From: an uncultured Candidatus Saccharibacteria bacterium
GTDB taxonomy: Bacteria; Patescibacteriota; Minisyncoccia; Phycocordibacterales; PALSA-1337
Assembly (NCBI GenBank): GCA_964596595.1
Contig: CAZQUI010000001.1
Coordinates: 15,817 to 79,816, forward strand
Length of the DNA stretch: 64,000 nucleotides
Direction: 5' to 3'
The notes beneath the pieces were generated by a model. It was not told the DNA's origin. It saw only the letters and a program-made list of their open reading frames with translations, and made no database searches. Shown piece after piece: positions 37,955 to 46,882 of the stretch (positions are counted from its first letter, which is position 1; each line of letters starts with the position of its first letter). Made by a program: the position numbers and the translations under genes.

Positions 37955-39211
37955 ATGTTTTCAGCACTAAATTTTCGAATCGCTTTTTTCTTGGCGTTAC
38001 GTCAACTACGACGCTCCAGCAAATGGACAAATGGTCTCATTATTTTCGTAATGATCTTAACATTTCTAAACCTCGTAATTGTCTCCGGAATACTAGTAGG
38101 ATTGATACAAGGTGCAATAGAAGCCGTGAGAGCACAGTACACAAGTGATGTAATCGTCTCAAACCTAAAAACAAAAACCTATATCGAATATAGTCCAGAA
38201 ATTATAAAAACGATCAACTCCCTACCTCAAGTAAAAGCAATCACTTCACGTTACGTTAGCGGAGGTACACTTGAGGCAAATTATAAATCACGCACTGATC
38301 CCGACGAAAAACCAAACACTGCCAGTAGTCAGATAGTAGGTATTGACCCCGTAGCTGAAAATGCCGTTACCGGATTGGCAAACTGGGTTATTGAAGGTCA
38401 ATATTTGGAACCAGGAGACTATGATCAAATATTACTTGGTTCATATTTATTAAAAAAATACGTACCTGTAGATAGTCCAGGTTTTAGCGCTTTGGATAAT
38501 GTTGGTCCTGGCTCAAAAATAAGGTTAACCATTGGCGATGTTGAACGCGAAGTTACAGTCAAAGGCATAATAAAAACTAAAGTTGATGAAGTTAGTTTTC
38601 GTGCCTATATGGTAGAAAATCAACTTCGAAGCATGATCGGTCGGAACGACTTCAACGTAGATGAAATCTCAATTCAATTAAAACCAGGCTCAGATCCAGC
38701 TGAGGTACGAGATACATTAATCCAAAATGGAGTAGACAAATTTGCCAAAGTTCAAACTTCAGCTGATGCTCAACCAAAATTTATTAAAGATATCAAAGAT
38801 ACATTTGCTCTTCTGGGAAACATGATTAGCTCTATTGGTCTAGTTGTAGCTTCAATTACAATATTTATTGTTATATTCATAAATGCTCTTACCCGTCGCA
38901 AATTCATAGGTATTCTAAAAGGTATCGGCATTAGTGGTCATGCCATAGAACTTTCATACGTAATGCAATCGATCTTTTACGCTGTAATTGGATCAGCAAT
39001 TGGTTTTGTTCTTCTTTACGCTTTTCTCCAACCATTTGTTGCTCGACACCCAATAAACTTCCCTTTTAGTGATGGTATCCTTGTTGCTCCCTTAACCGGA
39101 ACACTGTTACGTATTAGTCTTCTGGTGATCGCAACAATAATTGCCGGTTATATTCCAGCCCGAATGATTGTAAGAAAAAATACTCTTGATTCGATACTCG
39201 GAAGAAAGTAA
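37955..39211 (+). CDS. ABC transporter permease, FtsX/MacB-like
   Basis: N-terminal TM, large periplasmic domain, then three C-terminal TM helices (FtsX fold); 418 aa. Confidence 0.7.
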   Translation: MFSALNFRIAFFLALRQLRRSSKWTNGLIIFVMILTFLNLVIVSGILVGLIQGAIEAVRAQYTSDVIVSNLKTKTYIEYSPEIIKTINSLPQVKAITSRYVSGGTLEANYKSRTDPDEKPNTASSQIVGIDPVAENAVTGLANWVIEGQYLEPGDYDQILLGSYLLKKYVPVDSPGFSALDNVGPGSKIRLTIGDVEREVTVKGIIKTKVDEVSFRAYMVENQLRSMIGRNDFNVDEISIQLKPGSDPAEVRDTLIQNGVDKFAKVQTSADAQPKFIKDIKDTFALLGNMISSIGLVVASITIFIVIFINALTRRKFIGILKGIGISGHAIELSYVMQSIFYAVIGSAIGFVLLYAFLQPFVARHPINFPFSDGILVAPLTGTLLRISLLVIATIIAGYIPARMIVRKNTLDSILGRK

Positions 39212-39228
39212 TCAAATAATACAAAAAC

Positions 39229-39906
39229 ATGATTGAAGTTAAAAATTTACACAAAACATTTATGAATGGACAGGTCGAAACATCTGTCCTCAAAGGTTTG
39301 GACTTCAAAATAGAAGAGGGTGAATTTATTGCTATCATGGGACGATCTGGTGCTGGTAAAAGTACTTTTATGTACCAAATAAGTCTTTTAGATGAACCGA
39401 CGCGTGGAGAAATAATCATCGACGGAATAAATACTCAAACCATGAGCACCGAACAAAAAACATCCTTTCGTCTTGCTCGTCTCGGCTATGTTTTTCAAGA
39501 TTACGCTTTGATCCCAGAGCTTACTGCAATAGAAAATGTATCCTTACCACTTCTCATGCAGAATATTCCCAAAGAAAAAGCTATGCTTATAGCTAAAAAT
39601 GCCTTGAAAACCGTCGGACTTGGTGAACACATCAACCAACTTCCGAGCCAACTATCTGGAGGTGAACAACAGCGTGTCAGTATCTCTCGAGCAATAGCCC
39701 ATGAACCTGACATACTATTTGCCGATGAACCAACTGCCAACCTCGACAATGAATCATCGAAAGTAATTATGGATATATTCAAAAAACTTCACAAAGAAGG
39801 TCAGACTATAATCATGGTGACCCACGAGGAACAATACGGAGAAATGGCTGAAAAAATAGTTTACTTAGATGATGGAAAAATCGTGAAAGTGAAAAAGAAC
39901 AATTAA
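39229..39906 (+). CDS. ABC transporter ATP-binding protein (MacB/LolD-like)
   Basis: Walker A 'GRSGAGKST', signature '[14 protein letters not shown]', Walker B 'ILFADEPT', H-loop 'VTHE'. Confidence 0.9.
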   Translation: MIEVKNLHKTFMNGQVETSVLKGLDFKIEEGEFIAIMGRSGAGKSTFMYQISLLDEPTRGEIIIDGINTQTMSTEQKTSFRLARLGYVFQDYALIPELTAIENVSLPLLMQNIPKEKAMLIAKNALKTVGLGEHINQLPSQLSGGEQQRVSISRAIAHEPDILFADEPTANLDNESSKVIMDIFKKLHKEGQTIIMVTHEEQYGEMAEKIVYLDDGKIVKVKKNN

Positions 39907-40704
39907 CTATTTCAGCACAATTCCCAAATCCTTCACCGCATTTTCAAAATCTTTTGGTAAAGGTGCCTGAATCTTTATTCTTTTACCTTCCAAACTATCG
40001 AACTCCAAGACTCTAGAATGAAGAGCTAATCTATCAAACCCTAAAACAAAAGGTCGTTTTGGAGCATATAGATTATCCCCAACCACAGGATGATTGATAG
40101 CATTAAAATGAACACGAATTTGATGTGTTCGACCTGTTTTTGGTTCTGCTTCAAGTAAAGAAAATTTATTGGCTATACCCTCTCTAACATTCTTACCAGC
40201 AATATCTTTTTCAAAAGTTGGAGAAATTCCAGTCCACAACCTCGTCCAATAAGTTTCAGCTTCTCTTATCTCACCACGTGTACCTCGCTGAGCAGACCAT
40301 TTTCGAAAATCATTACCACTACGACCAATTGGACGATTGATTGTTCCAAAGTCTTCTTTTATATCACCCCAAACAAAAGCCAGATACTTTTTTAAAATTG
40401 TTCTTTCTTGAAATTGATTTTTTAATGACAAATAACCTTCTTGAGTCTTCGCAACAATCAAAGCTCCGGAAGTTTCACGATCCAATCTGTGCACGATTCC
40501 AGATCGGTTAATATCTTCGCCTTTCTCGGTTCGTCCTGGTTCTCCGACTCCAGTAATATTTGGAAACTTATTAGTTATCCAATCAGTCAAAAAAGGACCA
40601 TCGTTTCGACCATCAGAATGAACCATTAGACCAGCTGGCTTAGAAACCACCAGACAATTATCATCTTCATATAAAACCTCAATTTCTGGTACTTTGTTGC
40701 TCAT
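39907..40704 (-). CDS. RluA-family pseudouridine synthase
   Basis: 'HRLDRETSGALIVAKT' catalytic Asp motif. Start reset to MSNKVPEIEVL because the upstream ORF extension overlaps two tRNA genes. Confidence 0.8.
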   Translation of the reverse strand: MSNKVPEIEVLYEDDNCLVVSKPAGLMVHSDGRNDGPFLTDWITNKFPNITGVGEPGRTEKGEDINRSGIVHRLDRETSGALIVAKTQEGYLSLKNQFQERTILKKYLAFVWGDIKEDFGTINRPIGRSGNDFRKWSAQRGTRGEIREAETYWTRLWTGISPTFEKDIAGKNVREGIANKFSLLEAEPKTGRTHQIRVHFNAINHPVVGDNLYAPKRPFVLGFDRLALHSRVLEFDSLEGKRIKIQAPLPKDFENAVKDLGIVLK

Positions 40705-40778
40705 ATTATGAATATACGCTAATCTATGAACTAGTGCAAAATAAAGCTTATGTCTTATTTTACATTTTAAATTACTAC

Positions 40779-40854
40779 GCGCCCTTAGCTCAGTTGGTAG
40801 AGCAACCCGTTTACACCGGGTAGGTCCAAGGTTCGAGTCCTTGAGGGCGCACCA
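40779..40854 (+). tRNA. tRNA-Val (anticodon TAC), CCA encoded
   Basis: Acceptor GCGCCCT/AGGGCGC, D-arm GCTC-AGTTGGTA-GAGC, anticodon stem ACCCG/CGGGT with loop TTTACAC, T-arm CAAGG-TTCGAGT-CCTTG, 3' ACCA. Confidence 0.9.
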
Positions 40855-40875
40855 ACTTATTTTTATATTTAACTG

Positions 40876-40947
40876 TGCCCTCGGTTGGAATCGAACCAAC
40901 ATTGACGGCTTAGAAGTCCGCAGTACTATCCATTGAAATACGAGGGC
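40876..40947 (-). tRNA. tRNA-Arg (anticodon TCT)
   Basis: Acceptor GCCCTCG/CGAGGGC, D-stem TTTC/GTAC (one G-U), anticodon loop CTTCTAA, T-arm GTTGG-TTCGATT-CCAAC. The anticodon stem has one A31-G39 mismatch. The scaffold is paralogous to the tRNA-Arg at 46356-46427. Confidence 0.65.
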
Positions 40948-41111
40948 AAAAACACAAAATTAAAAATCCAGACCTATACATGCAGGAAACATCAAAGTTC
41001 AAAAAGGATCATACAACAAAAAGACTATCATACAGATAGGTAATCTCAAACCTGTAATTTTCCCTACTTGATATTTCTTGCATGTGCAGACATGGATTTT
41101 TTGTTTTTGAT

Positions 41112-41453
41112 CTACTTTGCTGGGTCGCCGAAACCACCATAACCTTTTAATAAAATATCCCTTTCAGCAGAACGAACCTTGTACCTATCAATTATAATGC
41201 TTAAATTTTTTTCATTTACTGTCTCAGGCTTTTTGGCAGTATTCAAAGTAGAAGCATTTATCAAACGAGATTCAATATTTACATACACATAAACTCCCCA
41301 AGCAACAAACAAAACAACCATAACCATAGTTACAATAAACATGATTCCCCAATCAAAATAATGATCTCTACCAAGACGGTGAAGCGTCGTGCCTTGTAAT
41401 TTTGGCACAATCGATGATTGTTTTTTATTTTTATTTAAAAAATTAAAATTCAT
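41112..41453 (-). CDS. Small bitopic membrane protein in pilus-assembly operon
   Basis: Start taken at MNFNFLNK; single TM; downstream of the pilO-like gene. Confidence 0.3.
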   Translation of the reverse strand: MNFNFLNKNKKQSSIVPKLQGTTLHRLGRDHYFDWGIMFIVTMVMVVLFVAWGVYVYVNIESRLINASTLNTAKKPETVNEKNLSIIIDRYKVRSAERDILLKGYGGFGDPAK

Positions 41454-41454
41454 G

Positions 41455-42015
41455 TTATTTGTTTGAAGATGACATCGGCTCAGATAATACAACCTCAACA
41501 ACAAAAGAGGCTTTCCAATTATAAGAACCACTTGTTCCTGTCTGCAAAGACAGACGAGTTTGACTTACAGAAACAGCATAAGGAAAGTTTTCAGCCAACG
41601 AAAGAGCCCTCATTACAGAAATCCAAGATCCGATAATTTCAACATTGGCCCGAGCCAAACCATGTTTACCATCTTCTGAATCCTTAGCATCAACAGTATC
41701 TATATTCAAAGTCACCTTACTCCCCGTTTGAGGTCCTAAAGCCTCTATCGCCTCAATAAAATCAACAACTCTATCTGCTGGAATAAAAAAGTTTACCAAT
41801 GAATCACGGTCGTTTTTTGTCCTATCATAAAGTGCTCTGACGTCACTCTCACGATCTTTGTTTGCTTTTTCTAGAGAAACAATATCGCGAGCATTAGCTG
41901 CACGAACAATAGAAAAACGAACAACGTAATACATGTAACCGTAAACAACACCGACTAACATTGTTACGGAAATCGCTAAGACCAAAAGAAATGTGTGATG
42001 ATGAAATCGCTTCAT
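41455..42015 (-). CDS. PilO-like type IV pilus assembly membrane protein
   Basis: N-terminal TM helix followed by a coiled-coil segment, positioned after the pilM and pilN-like genes. Confidence 0.4.
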   Translation of the reverse strand: MKRFHHHTFLLVLAISVTMLVGVVYGYMYYVVRFSIVRAANARDIVSLEKANKDRESDVRALYDRTKNDRDSLVNFFIPADRVVDFIEAIEALGPQTGSKVTLNIDTVDAKDSEDGKHGLARANVEIIGSWISVMRALSLAENFPYAVSVSQTRLSLQTGTSGSYNWKASFVVEVVLSEPMSSSNK

Positions 42016-42554
42016 GGAAATGTTTGGGTAATTCTCATAGAGAATTGGATATCTTTACTCTTTGCCAAATCTGACACAGGTAATTCTACCCCACCACCGG
42101 GAACCAATTCCTCTAATCGTTTCTTAAAGGACAAAAGAGTATCTCTGTTAGGAGCAATCCCTTGAATAATAATTGAGAGCGAATCTTTTACAGGAGTATC
42201 TACTGAAATTGAATGTAATTTAATCGGACCCCGAACACCAACTATACTCTGAATGGTATTTGATGGTTGTGGAATTTTTCTTTCCTGAGAAAGAATCTTG
42301 ATAAGTTCATTATTTTTTTGAAATTCTAATTCCAACTTAACAACTCCCCCATCATTTTCTGATTTCTTAATCATTTTCAAAGTTTCAAGCTGTGTCTTTT
42401 CTTCATTTAAAGCAAATAAAAATGAAGGAAATAATGCTGCTGCACCTATAAGGCCCGCAACAGATAACAGAAAGCAAAAAATTATTACAGCTCGAATACG
42501 ATACTCGCGACGAAGAATATTTCTCTCTTTTAATGGTAAAAGTGTATGCTGCAT
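42012..42554 (-). CDS. PilN-like type IV pilus assembly protein
   Basis: Short cytoplasmic N-terminus 'LLPLKERNILRREYRIRAV', a single TM helix and a periplasmic domain. Confidence 0.45.
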   Translation of the reverse strand: MQHTLLPLKERNILRREYRIRAVIIFCFLLSVAGLIGAAALFPSFLFALNEEKTQLETLKMIKKSENDGGVVKLELEFQKNNELIKILSQERKIPQPSNTIQSIVGVRGPIKLHSISVDTPVKDSLSIIIQGIAPNRDTLLSFKKRLEELVPGGGVELPVSDLAKSKDIQFSMRITQTFP

Positions 42555-42556
42555 AT

Positions 42557-43540
42557 TTATGAATCTAAAGCTAAACCTGCCGCCACTATATATTCAAGCG
42601 AATCATCTTTTGAAATTGGAGGCAAATATTTATTCAAATCAAGCGTATTCTGCCAAGCATTCGCTACTGTTACAGGAACGGAAGCACCTTGTATGCAGCC
42701 GTTTAACGGCATCTCATAAGTAGCTGAGCCACTCCCGATCAATAAAACTTGGCTGACCAATGAACTATTACCTTCGCGTGATTCCCAATAAGAATAGACT
42801 CTGTTGACTTCTTTTGATAAAAGTTCAACATACGTTGGTTTACCAACTTCTTCTGGTGTACGGCTACCCCAACTAATCGTTGAAGTAAAACAAACCACTC
42901 CACCCGAAACAACATATATACCTGTCTTAAAATTCATGACATGTAAAACAATTACTGTCTTATCTAAATCCGGAGGAACAACAGCTCGAGCAACAGCTTT
43001 TGGTACAACTTCAAAAGCCACCGGAAAAAGCTCCGCTTGAGAAATAAGTTCCATAAATTTTTCTATATACGTTCGAGGAACAACAGAAACACTAGCCTTT
43101 AACGATCCGGCGGTGACGGACAAAGGCATTAAATCATAATAAAATACAGCATCCGGGGCGGCCAAGGGAACATTTTCTTCTAATTTAAATTCAATATTTT
43201 GACGAATCTCATTTATAGTACTACCAGAAATATCTGTTTGAAACAGGTAGGCTTTTTCTTCGGGTACAGAAACTTTTACATAAGAAAGACCATTTTTCTT
43301 TCCGATACTCCTGAGCAAATCTATAAATTTTTTTTCATCTTTAATGTCCCCTCCTTGAATTATGTTTTCCAATATTTCATTTTTAGAGAATTTACTGATG
43401 GTATTTTTTCCACCATGATAGGCGGAAGATCCACTATATTCAAGACAATAAATAGCGTCATCAGAAACGTCCAGACCTGAGTGTTTCATTGCTAAAAATT
43501 TTGGTGGTGGAAAAAGTCTAAAGAACGCAGAGGTGTGCAT
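42557..43540 (-). CDS. pilM: PilM-like actin-fold type IV pilus assembly ATPase
   Basis: 327 aa with N-terminal 'GLDVSDDAIYCLE' and later 'VVPKAVARAV' blocks typical of PilM/FtsA-like proteins. Confidence 0.55.
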   Translation of the reverse strand: MHTSAFFRLFPPPKFLAMKHSGLDVSDDAIYCLEYSGSSAYHGGKNTISKFSKNEILENIIQGGDIKDEKKFIDLLRSIGKKNGLSYVKVSVPEEKAYLFQTDISGSTINEIRQNIEFKLEENVPLAAPDAVFYYDLMPLSVTAGSLKASVSVVPRTYIEKFMELISQAELFPVAFEVVPKAVARAVVPPDLDKTVIVLHVMNFKTGIYVVSGGVVCFTSTISWGSRTPEEVGKPTYVELLSKEVNRVYSYWESREGNSSLVSQVLLIGSGSATYEMPLNGCIQGASVPVTVANAWQNTLDLNKYLPPISKDDSLEYIVAAGLALDS

Positions 43541-43547
43541 GCCTTTA

Positions 43548-44159
43548 TTATAGCAAATTTCTATTTTTCCATATTTCTCTTATAGCTGGACTAGCCGAAA
43601 CTAAAATAATCACAACAACTACTGGTATTACATATTTATCTGGATTTGGAATTAATGAACCTAAACCAAAACCTAACCACAACATTCCCCACGTCCAAAT
43701 AAAACCACCGATAACATTAAAAATTAAAAAGGTTCGATAATTCATATTACCTATTCCCGCAACAATAGGAGCAAACGTTCTGATTATCGGCATAAACCGT
43801 GCTAAGATGATGGTTTTTTTGCCATGTTTTTCATAAAAATACTGTGCTCTTTCGATGTGTTTTTTGTTAAAAAAAACTGAATCTTCTTTTTTAAAAAGAG
43901 ACGGACCAATCTTTTTTCCAAAAGCATAACCAATACTATCCCCCACTACAGCCGCAATAAAAGTTCCGACTAATAACCATGGTAAAGAAACATACCCTTG
44001 TGACGCAAAAAATCCAGCGGTAAATAACAAAGAATCTCCTGGCAAAAAGAACCCGAAGAACAAACCAGTTTCAGCAAAGATAATCGCAATCACTCCCAAG
44101 GTTCCAACGATTGGTATTATAATTCTCGGATCTAAAAGTGTATGAATAAATTCAATCAT
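43548..44159 (-). CDS. DedA/VTT-domain membrane protein
   Basis: 'GFFLPGDSLLFTAGFFASQG' DedA signature; 203 aa. Confidence 0.8.
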   Translation of the reverse strand: MIEFIHTLLDPRIIIPIVGTLGVIAIIFAETGLFFGFFLPGDSLLFTAGFFASQGYVSLPWLLVGTFIAAVVGDSIGYAFGKKIGPSLFKKEDSVFFNKKHIERAQYFYEKHGKKTIILARFMPIIRTFAPIVAGIGNMNYRTFLIFNVIGGFIWTWGMLWLGFGLGSLIPNPDKYVIPVVVVIILVSASPAIREIWKNRNLL

Positions 44160-44168
44160 TTTTTAAAA

Positions 44169-44540
44169 TTAAGCAGCCAGTGACCCTGGAGTAATCGATG
44201 AATTTGGCTCTAGTAATGAAAACCCTCCATTTGTTCCAGATACCGCAAATATCATTCCCTGACTTTCATAACCTTTGATTGTTCTTGGTTCTAAATTAGT
44301 TACAAACATACATGTTTTACCAACTAATACCGCTGGGTCAGGAAAATAAAGAGCAATACCAGAAACTATTTGTCGAGGTTTTTCAATAAAAGATTTTGTC
44401 CCATCTTCACCCACAACTTCATTTTTTTCTCCAAAATCAACTACCAATTTTAAGAGTTTGTCAGTATCAGGTATTTTATCAGCTGAAATTATTTTACCCG
44501 CCCGAACTTCTATTTTTTTAAATTCATCGTAAGAAATCAT
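44169..44540 (-). CDS. csaA: Stand-alone tRNA-binding protein (CsaA/Trbp111, MetRS C-terminal-like OB fold)
   Basis: 'FKKIEVRAGKIISADKIPDTDKLLKLVVDFGE' and 'MIFAVS' match the EMAP/Trbp tRNA-binding fold. Confidence 0.75.
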   Translation of the reverse strand: MISYDEFKKIEVRAGKIISADKIPDTDKLLKLVVDFGEKNEVVGEDGTKSFIEKPRQIVSGIALYFPDPAVLVGKTCMFVTNLEPRTIKGYESQGMIFAVSGTNGGFSLLEPNSSITPGSLAA

Positions 44541-44554
44541 GAGTATAGTATACG

Positions 44555-44929
44555 TTATTTTTTATCTAAATAGCTCTGTAAAATGAGTGCTGCAGCCGAA
44601 GCGTCTGTTAATTCTGTTTTACCCTGAAACCTTTCTGCCTGCACACTGGTCATAAACTCTGGTTCCCAATGAACTGTAAATCCAACTTTTTCTAATTGCG
44701 ATTTCAGTTCTGTCGCTGCGGGCAAGATAGCATTAGCCTGACCTTTATAATCTTTTGACTCACCTATCACAATCTCTTTTACTTCATTTAATTTTGCGAT
44801 TGATTTTATTTCATCTAACAAATCTTTGTTATTTGGAATTACTGAAACAGGAAAAGCAAACTTTGCTTCTTCGTCAGAAACAGCAATACCTACCCGTTTG
44901 GTTCCATAATCTATGCCCAAAAGTTTCAT
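44555..44929 (-). CDS. ruvX: Holliday-junction resolvase-like protein YqgF/RuvX
   Basis: 'MKLLGIDYGTKRVGIAVSD' N-terminal RNase H-like motif; 124 aa. Confidence 0.85.
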   Translation of the reverse strand: MKLLGIDYGTKRVGIAVSDEEAKFAFPVSVIPNNKDLLDEIKSIAKLNEVKEIVIGESKDYKGQANAILPAATELKSQLEKVGFTVHWEPEFMTSVQAERFQGKTELTDASAAALILQSYLDKK

Positions 44930-44989
44930 AATGTATAAAATCGTTAGCGGATCTTGTCCGCCGTAGCTCGCCGCTTTAGCGAGCGAAGG

Positions 44990-45076
44990 CGGACGGGGTG
45001 AGATTCGAACTCACGGTCCCCTTGCGAGGACGACAGTTTTCAAGACTGTTGCCTTAAACCGCTCAGCCACCCGTCC
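44990..45076 (-). tRNA. tRNA-Ser (anticodon TGA)
   Basis: Acceptor GGACGGG/CCCGTCC, 3-bp D-stem, anticodon stem ACAGT/ACTGT with loop CTTGAAA, long variable arm, T-arm GTGAG-TTCGAAT-CTCAC, discriminator G. Confidence 0.85.
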
Positions 45077-45148
45077 CTGTAATAAGCCATCATGTCACAT
45101 GTTCACAGTTTTTTCAATTATTTTACCTAACGGTGTTATAATAACATT

Positions 45149-45613
45149 ATGGCTCTTGAAGCTCTAATTACCTGGGAAGCACCAACTCACGTTCATGTCG
45201 AGAAAAAAACCGACTGGTATTGGGCTGTGGGCATTATCACTTTATCCCTCGCAACCGTATCTTTTATGTTCGGTGAAGTAATCACGGGAGTATTCATAGT
45301 AGTTGCAGCTGTTGCTTTAGTGTTACATGCTTCCCATCCACCCCATGTTATAAAATATGAAATAAATGATCGTGGATTAGTTGTCGGAGATACACTCTAT
45401 CCATTTCTTACTCTTGATTCTTTTTTCATTCCACACGATCGAATTCCACCGAGACTCATCATCAAATCTCGTAAAGTGTTAATGCCTCTTATTATCATCT
45501 ACATCGATGAAGTTGATCCAGATGAGGTGCGCGAAGTTATGCTCAAATACATTGCAGAGACCGAACACCGTGAACCATTTTTGACTCAAATCTTAGAACG
45601 ATTTGGCTTCTAA
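45149..45613 (+). CDS. Hypothetical membrane protein
   Basis: 154 aa with two adjacent TM helices (WYWAVGIITLSLATVSFMFGEVITGVFIVVAAVALVL). A putative -35 TTGACA and RBS GGGAG lie upstream of the next ORF. Confidence 0.35.
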   Translation: MALEALITWEAPTHVHVEKKTDWYWAVGIITLSLATVSFMFGEVITGVFIVVAAVALVLHASHPPHVIKYEINDRGLVVGDTLYPFLTLDSFFIPHDRIPPRLIIKSRKVLMPLIIIYIDEVDPDEVREVMLKYIAETEHREPFLTQILERFGF

Positions 45614-45748
45614 TTTCTCTTTTTTCTTTCTTTAGAAATGAAATTGACAACTTTTTTTTCGTATAGTAATTTCAAAATAGAAACTGCATAGGACGCAGGT
45701 ATTGAGAACACTCATGTTTTCAATAAAAATCCAAAACGGGAGAAAAAG

Positions 45749-45994
45749 ATGAAAAATCCATTCTATTTTTTATGGAAACTATGGGACCAAACCGACGAAT
45801 GGCTCTGTATCAATTTACCTTGCCCTCTTCGAGTATGGTGGGCACGGTTATGGATCCGAAAGGAAGAATTCCATGCATCTCTTGATTTTGACTCGCAATA
45901 TGCTTGTAGTCTATCCCGAGAACAAATAGAGGCTTATAGACGAGATTTAGCGCGCCGTCGATATGTAGCTCACGAGCGTACTCTGGATAGTTAA
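45749..45994 (+). CDS. Hypothetical small protein
   Basis: 81 aa, Trp/Arg-rich, with a GGGAG RBS 6 nt upstream. A hairpin plus T-run terminator follows at ~45998-46035. Confidence 0.35.
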   Translation: MKNPFYFLWKLWDQTDEWLCINLPCPLRVWWARLWIRKEEFHASLDFDSQYACSLSREQIEAYRRDLARRRYVAHERTLDS

Positions 45995-46049
45995 GATACT
46001 TACAACCGCTATGCCTTTGGCCCCTGGCGGTTTTTTATTTTTCCAGTAA

Positions 46050-46301
46050 GGGTGCCCTCGGTAGGAATCTCGCCTTACAGACGCAGTACAGTCTTCGCGC
46101 CGTACTCGCTCCGCTCCGTGCGGCATACTCAGACTTTTCGATTCCTACACGCACGGCGTGTAGGCGCCGTGCTCTCGGTCACACAACTCACTTCGTTCGT
46201 TTGGTGCCCTCGGTAGGAATCGGTCACCAGTCCTCGCCTGCTGGCTCGGCTGTCGACCCCGCCTCCTTCGCCTTCGCTCAGTCCGGCTTTCGATTCCCAC
46301 C
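46050..46301 (-). repeat. Two tandem pseudo-copies of the tRNA-Arg(GCG) 3' end at 153-bp period, each a 99-bp inverted-repeat-bounded GC-rich unit
   Basis: 'ggtgccctcggtaggaatc' recurs at 46051, 46203 and 46355 (the last inside the real tRNA), giving an exact 153-bp spacing. Each pseudo-unit ends with the plus-oriented T-loop half 'ttcgattcc(t/c)ac' (46137-46148; 46289-46301). Thus 'ggtaggaatc...gattcctacc' brackets ~75 bp of about 60 % GC sequence. Confidence 0.6.
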
Positions 46302-46312
46302 GACACTCCCAG

Positions 46313-46346
46313 CAAATAAAAAATACCGAGCAGAATTCGGTATTTT
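46313..46346 (-). terminator. Intrinsic terminator immediately 3' of tRNA-Arg(GCG)
   Basis: ataccgag-cagaat-tcggtat perfect hairpin followed on the minus strand by TTTTTTATTTG. It is also bidirectional. Confidence 0.55.
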
Positions 46347-46355
46347 TTATTCGGG

Positions 46356-46427
46356 TGCCCTCGGTAGGAATCGAACCTACATTGCAGGATCCGCAATCCT
46401 GCGTCCTATCCATTGAACGACGAGGGC
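46356..46427 (-). tRNA. tRNA-Arg (anticodon read as GCG)
   Basis: Acceptor GCCCTCG/CGAGGGC, D-stem GTTC/GGAC, anticodon stem CAGGA/TCCTG with loop TTGCGGA, T-arm GTAGG-TTCGATT-CCTAC, discriminator A. G at position 34 is unusual for bacterial tRNA-Arg, where ACG is typical. Confidence 0.7.
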
Positions 46428-46500
46428 AAAGTACACAATCAAAGATAGATTACATTCCAAGAATACCACGGAAAATACGTGGTTCAAATCTTTTTGATCT

Positions 46501-46767
46501 TTAATTTTTAATCTTACTCAAAGCTGCCATTGCACGAGATTTGGTGCGGGCTGATGCATTGGCTTTGATGTAACCAGTTTTAACAGCTTTATCGAGCACT
46601 TGATAGAGAGAAGGAATAAGCTTTTCGGCTTCTCCAGCGTTTTTGGCTGCAATCAGCTTACGAAATTCCTTCATTTTCTTATCAATATCATTTTTACGAC
46701 GAAGATTGAAAATGCGCTTCTTTTTTGATGCGCGAAGTGCTTTTTTAGCGGATGAGGTAATTGCCAT
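46501..46767 (-). CDS. rpsT: 30S ribosomal protein S20
   Basis: 'MAITSSAKKALRASKKKRIFNLRRKN....LIPSLYQVLDKAVKTGYIKANASARTKSRAM' S20 pattern. Start taken at MAITSS. Confidence 0.85.
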   Translation of the reverse strand: MAITSSAKKALRASKKKRIFNLRRKNDIDKKMKEFRKLIAAKNAGEAEKLIPSLYQVLDKAVKTGYIKANASARTKSRAMAALSKIKN

Positions 46768-46882
46768 ATGTGTAGAAGAAATTAACACATACCCATAAAA
46801 AAGTAAAGCGGCTCACCCTCCGTAGCTTGAGCGTAGGAGGGTGACTTTTTCATTTTCCAATTATTTGCCTTATACTACCCAT

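Noticed and set aside
40705-40902. N-terminal 66 codons of the RluA ORF 39907-40902.
   Set aside because: It overlaps tRNA-Val and tRNA-Arg(TCT); the pseudouridine-synthase homology begins at the internal Met at 40704.
46129-46416. Three overlapping six-frame ORFs (46129-46413 -, 46145-46396 -, 46201-46416 +) of 71-94 aa.
   Set aside because: They lie on both strands over the same GC-rich repeat block, with Arg/Gly/Pro-rich low-complexity translations typical of GC-rich non-coding DNA. They also overlap a tRNA gene and a terminator.
46050-46440. Possible CRISPR array: a 19-21-bp repeat recurring three times.
   Set aside because: The repeat spacing is 153 bp, far longer than CRISPR spacers. 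The repeat is the 3' end of the adjacent tRNA-Arg, and there are only three copies with no cas genes. It is interpreted as tRNA-derived repeats.
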